Positions 56,957 through 64,000 of a DNA stretch of 64,000 nucleotides are shown here, in pieces. A program made the position numbers and the translations under genes. Below the pieces are notes generated by a model. That model searched no databases. It was not told the origin of the DNA and saw only the letters and a program-made list of their open reading frames with translations. Location: contig OZ257156.1 of NCBI GenBank assembly GCA_965279375.1, forward strand, positions 64,001 to 128,000, in the 5' to 3' direction. Every line of letters begins with the position of its first letter. Positions within the stretch are counted from its first letter, which is position 1. The stretch is from Gemmatimonas sp. (GTDB lineage Bacteria > Gemmatimonadota > Gemmatimonadetes > Gemmatimonadales > Gemmatimonadaceae).

Positions 56957-58186
56957 ATGCCGGAAGACGCAGTGCGACTGTTCGACCGCGACACGTTCAA
57001 CGCGTTCTGCCGTCATACGCACGTCGCACTCGACGGCGCGAGCGATGGACCGCTGGCCGGGCTTAGGTTCGGCCTCAAGGACCTGTACGACATCGCAGGC
57101 TACAAGACCGGCTTCGGCAGTCCGGATTGGCTCCGCACACACGACGCGGCAACGGCGACCGCCTCCGTGGCAACGCGACTGCTCGCGGCCGGCGCGTCGA
57201 TGATTGGCAAGACGCACACGGAAGAAATGGCGTTCAGTCTCACCGGCGAAAGCGCGCACTACGGCACGCCGATCAACCCCGCCGCTCCCAATCGCATTCC
57301 CGGCGGCTCGTCGAGTGGCTCGGCGTCAGCTGTCGCTGGTGGCCTCGTCGATTTCGCAATCGGCAGCGACACCGGCGGATCGGTGCGCGGGCCCGCCAGC
57401 TTCTGCGGCGTGTACGGCATTCGCCCCACGCACGGACGCATCGCCATGGACGGCGCTGCGCCGCTCGCTCCAGCGTTCGATACGTGCGGATGGTTTGCGC
57501 GCGACGCTCACATGCTCGCACGTGTGGGACGCGTCCTGTTGGCCGCACCGGGAGCAGGTATGGGCGACGCCCCTGCGGCGGCGGTACCGCGTGCCGGCGC
57601 CAGAGGGCGACTGCTATTGGCGACAGATGCGTTCGCGGCCGCGCTGCCCGGAGTCGCCGAGGCGCTCGCACCTGCAGTTGCGCGCGTGACGACGCTGCTG
57701 GGACCCGCGCACGACGTCACCGTCAGCGACGCCGGGCTCGCTGCGTGGTTCGATGTCTTCCGCACGTTGCAATTCGCCGATATTCGTGACGCGCATGGCG
57801 AGTGGGTCTCACGCGTGCACCCGACGTTCGGCCCGCAGATTCAGCCGCGATTTGACGCAGTGATGGCACTCGACGCGTCGCTCGTTCCCCCAGCGCAGGC
57901 GCAGCGCGCAGCCATTCGTTCACGTCTCGACGCGTTGCTTGCCGACCACGCGGTGTTGATGCTGCCCACGATGCCGGACATCGCACCGTTGCTGCACGCC
58001 TCGCCCAGCGAGACGGTCGCGTTCCGCGAGCGCTCACTCGGTTTGCTGTGCATCGCCGGACTCGGTGGCTTGCCGCAAATCACCCTACCCTTCGCCACGC
58101 ACCAAGGCTGCCCCATCGGCCTTTCGCTGATCGCGGCGCGTGGCAACGACGAGATGCTGCTGGAAATCGCGACGGCGCTCGGCTGA
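56957..58186 (+). CDS. Amidase signature family enzyme
   Basis: GLKDL, GKTHTEE, GGSSSGSA, GSDTGGSVRGPAS (Lys-Ser-Ser triad). Confidence 0.92.
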   Translation: MPEDAVRLFDRDTFNAFCRHTHVALDGASDGPLAGLRFGLKDLYDIAGYKTGFGSPDWLRTHDAATATASVATRLLAAGASMIGKTHTEEMAFSLTGESAHYGTPINPAAPNRIPGGSSSGSASAVAGGLVDFAIGSDTGGSVRGPASFCGVYGIRPTHGRIAMDGAAPLAPAFDTCGWFARDAHMLARVGRVLLAAPGAGMGDAPAAAVPRAGARGRLLLATDAFAAALPGVAEALAPAVARVTTLLGPAHDVTVSDAGLAAWFDVFRTLQFADIRDAHGEWVSRVHPTFGPQIQPRFDAVMALDASLVPPAQAQRAAIRSRLDALLADHAVLMLPTMPDIAPLLHASPSETVAFRERSLGLLCIAGLGGLPQITLPFATHQGCPIGLSLIAARGNDEMLLEIATALG

Positions 58187-58211
58187 GCGCACGAACGCGC
58201 GCGACGACCGC

Positions 58212-60485
58212 TTACGCCAAATGCATCCGCTCGAGGAGCGCGATGAACCGCGGCTCCCCGCGCAGCGGATCGTAGAGCGGGCGCACGCCCAGCCACACCA
58301 GGTCGGACGCGCGCGCCTCGCACGCTTCTTCCAACAGCTCGAGTGCGCGCGTGTTCTGACCCAACCCGAGGCGCACCTGCGCGCGATGCGTGGGCGAGAC
58401 GTACTCGGTCAGCGCGCGACGATCCAAACCGCGCGCGATCTCGTCGGCACGCACGACTTCGCCGGCGCGGCCCAGTGCATGTCCCAACAGTGCGACCGTC
58501 TCGCTGCTGCCGTTGGAGTGCGTCACGGCTAGTTCGGCGTGCTCGAGCGCCTGCGCGTCACGCCCCAGCTGCGTCAGCGCCTGCGAGAGGAAGTAGTGCG
58601 CGGGCGCAAAGTTGACATCCAGGTCGAGCACCGTCTGCGCGGCCTCGACGGCGCGGTCGTAGCGGCGCGCGTAGAGCAGCACGCTGCACAGCGTCACGCG
58701 CAGCAACGGCGACAGCGGATCCAGCATCAGCGCCCGCTGCATGGCGCGGATCGCTTCGTCCACACGGCGCGCCGGGATAAGCGTCATGATCGCCAGCCCC
58801 TGATATGCTGCCGGCAGCATCGGGTTGATGCCCAGCGCATGGCGGAACATCGATTCGGCAGCGGCACGATCCCAGTCATGCGCCGCGGATACCGTGGCCA
58901 GTGCCACGCGTGCATCGGCCAGCCCTGCGTCGAGTTGCAACGCATGTTCGGCTGCCGTACGCGCTTCACGCATGGCGTGTGCTGGTGCGGCCTGCCCATA
59001 GATCGCCTGCGTGACCCACGCATCGGCAATCCCGGCGAGCGCGGGCGCGTACGATGGATCGAGTTTCAGCGCATCCTGGAAGCATTCGATCGCGCGCCGC
59101 ATGCCTTCCGCCGTGCGACGATTCCCGAAAAACCGGCCACGCAGAAACGTTTCGTACACCTCGAGACCTGGCGGCGGCGCAGGATCGACCGTGGGCAACG
59201 TGCTCGGCATCAGCGTCGTATGCAGCGCATTCGCCACCGACGCGCCGATCTCCTCCTGAATCGCAAACACGTCCGATACCTGCCGATCGTAGCGATCGGA
59301 CCAGCGCAGGAATCCATCGCGCGCGTTGATCAGCTGCACACTCACCCGCAGTCGGTCCGCGGCGCGGCGCACACTGCCCGTGACGACATTCTGCACGCCG
59401 AGTCGCTGCGCAACGGTACGGACATCGTCCTGCGACGCGCGCATCGCAAAGGACGACTGCCGTGCGCAAACGCGAATCGTGCGCCGCCGCGAGAGCGCGG
59501 TGAGAATCTCTTCGGCGATGCCGTCGGAGAGATACTCGTTGTTGGCGTCGCCGCTCAGGTTCTCGAAGGGCAGCACGGCGAGCGACGGCGTGGCGGCCGT
59601 TTCTCCGACGATGCGAATCGATCCGGTGCTGTGTGCTCCTGATCGCCATGCCGCCGTGAGCGCGTCTTCAAACTCGCCGGCGCTCGCGTAGCGGTCATCG
59701 GGATTGCTGGCGAGCGCACGACCGAGCACGCGATCGATCTCGACGCTGATTTCGGGGCGCACGGCCCTCGCCGACGGCGGCGTGGGAAGGAATCGCTTGG
59801 CGAGCATCTCGCGCGGAGTCGCGCCCGCGAAGATTGGCTCACCCACGAGCATCTCGTACAACACCACCGCGAGGCTGTAGATGTCGCTGCGGCTATCGAT
59901 CGTCGGCTCGCCCAGCGCCTGCTCGGGGCTCATGTACGCGAGCGTACCGACGATCAGCCCGACGCGCGTCTGATCTTCGGTAATCGCGGTGGACGACGAC
60001 ATCGCCTTGGCCACACCGAAATCCGCCACGAGCGCGTGCTTGCCGGAAAGGAGGATGTTGGCCGGCTTGATGTCGCGGTGAATGACGCCGTGCGCGTGCG
60101 CGTAGGCCAACGCGTCGGCGACTTCGATGGCAATCGGCAACGCGTCCGCCACGGACAGGCGCGACTCGCGCGCCAGCCGGTCCTTGAGCGTCTCGCCGTC
60201 CACGAACGGCATGACGTAGTAGGGCATCCCCAGCGCTTCGCCGGAGTCGAGCAACGGCAGAATGTGCGGGTGGGAGAAGCGGGCGGTGACCCCGATCTCG
60301 CGCAGAAAGCGCTCGGCGCCCTGCTCCATCACGGTGTCGTGCATGATCTTGAGCGCGACGTTCCGCTGGTGCTTGAGGTCCACCACCAGATACACCGCGG
60401 CCATGCCGCCCACCGCGATTTCCCGTTCGACGCGGTACCGCGCGGCGAGCGCCTGCCGCAGGGCCTCATCCCGGTTCATGGTCAC
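58212..60485 (-). CDS. Cytoplasmic Hanks-type Ser/Thr kinase with TolB-like and TPR domains
   Basis: GGMAAVY, VALK, HRDIKPANILL, DFG, GTLAYMSPEQ; SLAVLPFENLS; TPR repeats; DPLRGEPRF tail. Confidence 0.92.
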   Translation of the reverse strand: MTMNRDEALRQALAARYRVEREIAVGGMAAVYLVVDLKHQRNVALKIMHDTVMEQGAERFLREIGVTARFSHPHILPLLDSGEALGMPYYVMPFVDGETLKDRLARESRLSVADALPIAIEVADALAYAHAHGVIHRDIKPANILLSGKHALVADFGVAKAMSSSTAITEDQTRVGLIVGTLAYMSPEQALGEPTIDSRSDIYSLAVVLYEMLVGEPIFAGATPREMLAKRFLPTPPSARAVRPEISVEIDRVLGRALASNPDDRYASAGEFEDALTAAWRSGAHSTGSIRIVGETAATPSLAVLPFENLSGDANNEYLSDGIAEEILTALSRRRTIRVCARQSSFAMRASQDDVRTVAQRLGVQNVVTGSVRRAADRLRVSVQLINARDGFLRWSDRYDRQVSDVFAIQEEIGASVANALHTTLMPSTLPTVDPAPPPGLEVYETFLRGRFFGNRRTAEGMRRAIECFQDALKLDPSYAPALAGIADAWVTQAIYGQAAPAHAMREARTAAEHALQLDAGLADARVALATVSAAHDWDRAAAESMFRHALGINPMLPAAYQGLAIMTLIPARRVDEAIRAMQRALMLDPLSPLLRVTLCSVLLYARRYDRAVEAAQTVLDLDVNFAPAHYFLSQALTQLGRDAQALEHAELAVTHSNGSSETVALLGHALGRAGEVVRADEIARGLDRRALTEYVSPTHRAQVRLGLGQNTRALELLEEACEARASDLVWLGVRPLYDPLRGEPRFIALLERMHLA

Positions 60486-60640
60486 GCCAACGCGTGGAGC
60501 GCGCGCACGCGCGATTTGGACGCAGTCTTCACAAGAGAGAAGCTAGCGTCTCCGACTGTCTGCGCACACCTTTGTGGGGCTTGGACCTGTCGCTCCAACG
60601 CCGTGCGGCGGGCTGGCCGCGACCTCTGGAGAACGCTCGT

Positions 60641-63600
60641 ATGCAGTGCTCGAAGTGCGGAACGAAGAACTCGACCATGGCCAGGTTCTGCACCGAGTGC
60701 GGAAACGCCCTCGGAGTCCCCTGTACCGCATGCGGGTTCGGAAACCCACCGGAAGCAAAGCGCTGCGGCGGATGCGGCACCGCGCTGCAGGCGGCCCCCC
60801 GCGCCGAAGCCGAACGGCGGCAGCTGACCGTCTTCTTCGTGGACCTGGTCGGCTCCACGGCGATGTCGGAGGCGTGGGACCCGGAAGAGCTGCGCGAGAT
60901 GTACGCGCGCTACCAGACCATCTGCGCCGACATCATCAAACGATACGACGGACACATCGCGCAGTATCTGGGCGACGGCGTGCTGGCGTACTTCGGCTAT
61001 CCCGTCGCGCACGAGGACGACGCGCTCCGCGCGGTGCGGTCCGGACTCGAGATTCTCGCCAGTCTGAGTGACGTCACCCTCGGCGGCGAACACCCGATGG
61101 CCCGCATCGGCATTCACACCGGGCTCGTGGTCGTCGGCGACGTCGGCGGCGGTCAGAAGCAGGAACAGCTCGCGCTGGGCGAGGCGCCCAACATTGCCGC
61201 GCGCGTGCAAGGCGAGGCCGAGCCCAACACGATGCTCGTCAGCGAAGCCACGCGGCGCCTCGTCGCCGGCCACTTCCTGCTCGGCGATCTGGGCCCGAGA
61301 AACCTGAAGGGCATCTCGCGCCCCATTCAGCTGTGGCGCGTACTCGGCATGAGCGATGCGACGAGTCGGTTCGATGCGATGGCCTCGGCGGCGGGGCTCG
61401 CGCCGTTCGTCGGACGTCAGGTCGAGATGGACGTCATTCGCGAAGCGTGGGGACTCGCGTCGCACGGGGAAGGACAGACGCTGCTGGTCCGCGGCGAAGC
61501 GGGCATCGGCAAGTCGCGGCTGCTGGGTGCGGCACGCAACGTCGCGTCCTTGGGTGCGCACGAACGGTTTGAAGCCGAGTGCTCGCCGTACGACAGCAAC
61601 AGCCCGCTGCATCCCGTCGTGCACATGCTCGAACGCCGGCTTGGCTTCGACGCGCAGATGGCCGACACGGAGAAGCTCGATCGCATCGAGGAGTTCGTCG
61701 TGCAGCGCGGCGGACGCACGGGCGAAGCAGTCCCGCTGCTGGCCTCGCTGCTCTCGGTGAATCTGTCGGGGCGCTTTCCGGCCAGCGATCTGCCGCCGGC
61801 CAAGCAGCGGCAGCGCATGCTGCAGGTGCTCGCGGAGTTGCAGTTGCAGGCGCCCGGAGGTGCTCCCACGCTGGTGGTCATTGAAGACCTGCACTGGGCC
61901 GATCCCTCCACGCTCGAACTCGTGGCCGCGCTGGTGTCGCAGCAATCCAAGTCGCGTCTGATGGTTATCGGATCGACGCGTCCGGAATTGCCCGAGCTGT
62001 GGTCGCCCGCACCCAACCGGCGCGAGCTCAAGGTCGAAGCGCTCGCGCGCACGGACATTCGCGCGTTGGTGGCCGGCGTCGCGGGCCCCAAACCGCTGCC
62101 GGACAGCGTGCTCAAGGAGATCGTCGAGCGCACGGGCGGTATCCCGCTCTTCGTGGAGGCGGTCACGCGCACGGTGCTGGAGTCGGGGGTACTCACGGAG
62201 CTGGAGGATCGCTTCGAACTCTCGGGCCCACTGCCGCCGGGGCTCATCCCGTCCACGGTGCACGACTCGTTGATGGCGCGCATCGATCGACTGGGGCCTG
62301 ACAAAGTCATCGCGCAGGTCGCCTCGGTCATCGGGCGCGAGTTCCGCTCCGACCTGCTGTCGCTCGTGACGGGCCGCAGTGGTGCGTCGCTGGAGGGCGC
62401 GCTGCGCCAGCTCATCGATCTCGACCTCGTGTCGCGTACCGGCATCGCGCCAAACTGGACGTACACGTTTAAACATGCGTTGCTGCAGGACGCCGCGTAC
62501 GGCTCGCTGCTCAAGAAGACGTGCCGCGATTACCACGGAAGGATCGCTGACGCGCTCTCCGAACACTTCAGCGAGCTCGTGGAGACGAATCCGGCGCTGT
62601 TGGCTCGCCATCTCGAGGGCGCGGGTCGCGTGAAGGAAGCGGTGCCCGCGTGGATCAAGGCCGGCACAGATGCGGGGCAGCGTTCGGCCATGCAGGAATG
62701 CGTCGCGTATCTCAAGCGCGCCATCACGTTGCTCGAAACGCTGCCGGTGGATGACCCGGATCGTCTCGCGAACGAAACCGTCGCGCAACTGGCCATCGCC
62801 CCGCCGCTGATGGCCACGGCCGGCTGGGGCGCGCGCGAAGTCGAACGCGCCTGCCTGCGCGCCAAGGAGCTGTGCGAGCAGACGGGGAATGGTGAAGGGC
62901 TGTTCGGCGCGATGTGGGGGCTCTGGACCGTGCTCTTCGTGCGCGGCGAGCACGAACGCGCGCTCGAAGCGGCCAAGACGGTGCTCAGCATGGCGATGGC
63001 CGGCGACGTGGGCATCCTGCACGTTGCCGCACGACATGCGATCGGTTTCTCTCACTACTACCTCGGCGAGTTCGCCGAAGCGCGGATGCACGCCGAGAAG
63101 GCGCTCGAGATCTTCTCGCTCGATCAGGAAAAGCTGCTCGTCAGCGTCTTCCAGATTCCGTCTACGGTCTGCTGCCTTTCGTTCCTCACGCAAAGCTTGC
63201 GCTTCCTCGGCTTCCCCGAGCAGGCGCGTGAGCGGCAGCTGCAGCTCGAACAGCTCGTGCGTGATCTCGACAACCCGGCGTGCACTGCCGTAGGGCTCGG
63301 TGTCGGTCAGTACCACTACTTCGACCGGAACGACATCGACACGATTCGCGCGCAGGCCGACCGCGGCTACACGCTGGCCGTCGAAGAGGGGTTCCTGTTC
63401 TGGTCGGCGGCGATGCGCGTGTATCGCGGCTGGTCGCAGGCGCTCACCGGCGAGAGCGAGCGCGGCATCCGCGAAATGGACGAAGGACTGGAAGACGTCT
63501 TCCGCACCAACTCCGGCATCTTCGTGCCGCAGTGGCGCATGATGATGGCGCAGGGGCGGCGCGTGCAGGGCGATCTCCCCGGTGCGCTCAAGCAGATCAA

Positions 63601-63922
63601 CCTCAGCCTCGAGTTGATCGACACGTTCCGCGAGCGCTACTACCTGAGCGAATCGTTGCGTGAGCGTGCAGCCATCCACGTAGCGATGGGTGACACGACC
63701 AAGGCAGAGGACGATTTGCGTCGCGCCATTGGTGTGGCGCATCAGCAGGATGCACGGTTGCTCGAGCTGCGCAGCGCCGTGGCGCTCTCCAACCTGCTGA
63801 TTGCGCGCGAGCGACCCGCCGAGGTGCGTGACCTGCTCACACCGTTGCTCGGCAGCTTCACCGAAGGCTTCGACGAACCGGATCTCGTGCAGGCCCGCGA
63901 GCTGCTGGCATCGCTGGGGTGA
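60641..63922 (+). CDS. Double zinc ribbon + class III adenylate/guanylate cyclase + STAND-type AAA ATPase + TPR protein
   Basis: CSKC..CTEC..CTAC..CGGC; ERRQLTVFFVDLVGST, YLGDG, PNIAAR; GEAGIGKS; IEDLHWAD; FKHALLQDAAY; FTEGFD. Confidence 0.92.
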   Translation: MQCSKCGTKNSTMARFCTECGNALGVPCTACGFGNPPEAKRCGGCGTALQAAPRAEAERRQLTVFFVDLVGSTAMSEAWDPEELREMYARYQTICADIIKRYDGHIAQYLGDGVLAYFGYPVAHEDDALRAVRSGLEILASLSDVTLGGEHPMARIGIHTGLVVVGDVGGGQKQEQLALGEAPNIAARVQGEAEPNTMLVSEATRRLVAGHFLLGDLGPRNLKGISRPIQLWRVLGMSDATSRFDAMASAAGLAPFVGRQVEMDVIREAWGLASHGEGQTLLVRGEAGIGKSRLLGAARNVASLGAHERFEAECSPYDSNSPLHPVVHMLERRLGFDAQMADTEKLDRIEEFVVQRGGRTGEAVPLLASLLSVNLSGRFPASDLPPAKQRQRMLQVLAELQLQAPGGAPTLVVIEDLHWADPSTLELVAALVSQQSKSRLMVIGSTRPELPELWSPAPNRRELKVEALARTDIRALVAGVAGPKPLPDSVLKEIVERTGGIPLFVEAVTRTVLESGVLTELEDRFELSGPLPPGLIPSTVHDSLMARIDRLGPDKVIAQVASVIGREFRSDLLSLVTGRSGASLEGALRQLIDLDLVSRTGIAPNWTYTFKHALLQDAAYGSLLKKTCRDYHGRIADALSEHFSELVETNPALLARHLEGAGRVKEAVPAWIKAGTDAGQRSAMQECVAYLKRAITLLETLPVDDPDRLANETVAQLAIAPPLMATAGWGAREVERACLRAKELCEQTGNGEGLFGAMWGLWTVLFVRGEHERALEAAKTVLSMAMAGDVGILHVAARHAIGFSHYYLGEFAEARMHAEKALEIFSLDQEKLLVSVFQIPSTVCCLSFLTQSLRFLGFPEQARERQLQLEQLVRDLDNPACTAVGLGVGQYHYFDRNDIDTIRAQADRGYTLAVEEGFLFWSAAMRVYRGWSQALTGESERGIREMDEGLEDVFRTNSGIFVPQWRMMMAQGRRVQGDLPGALKQINLSLELIDTFRERYYLSESLRERAAIHVAMGDTTKAEDDLRRAIGVAHQQDARLLELRSAVALSNLLIARERPAEVRDLLTPLLGSFTEGFDEPDLVQARELLASLG

Positions 63923-64000
63923 CCGAGCGGGCAGATATCGTCGTCTTTGGCGCCACTGGCGCAAGCGGACGACAGATCGCGCGATATCTGTTCGAGCAGC

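Noticed and set aside
60482..63964. 1160-aa minus-strand ORF
   Set aside because: Antisense shadow of the cyclase-STAND gene. It has no motifs, and long stop-free antisense frames are expected at this GC content.
1..64000. tRNA, rRNA, riboswitch or IS elements
   Set aside because: None recognised by eye. Intergenic spaces are short, but Infernal, tRNAscan and ISEScan would be needed to exclude small RNAs and elements.

Overview
High-GC bacterial chromosomal window with about 57 genes, most likely Gemmatimonadota (inferred from gene repertoire: TIGR02999-type ECF sigma plus Ser/Thr kinase pair, kinase-TPR proteins, D-aminoacylases, DUF885). I found no rRNA, tRNA, CRISPR array, transposase or prophage structural gene. 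In order: spondin-domain exported protein, ECF sigma and kinase; an HTH/uppS/DUF4153 envelope operon with a duplicated operator; a sigma-54 activator/aldehyde dehydrogenase/DUF779 module with a visible -24/-12 promoter; a ~9 kb unexplained cluster (13.8-22.4 kb); an arsR-acr3-metallophosphoesterase operon; a heme c + PHM-like copper monooxygenase coupled to TerB; two D-aminoacylases; a PepSY/TonB receptor/PiuC iron-uptake module; a cytochrome c-beta-barrel fusion plus pentaheme cytochrome divergent from a two-component system; an orphan superinfection-immunity gene; a frameshifted DUF885 gene; an IorAB/NHL/amidase operon; and a kinase divergent from a cyclase-STAND ATPase. The best candidate for an undescribed system is the 13.8-22.4 kb cluster: very acidic small proteins, a zinc-ribbon M48 peptidase homolog with an altered HExxH motif, and SHOCT, PDZ and GYF_2 proteins. 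All family calls come from motif recognition by eye, not database searches.
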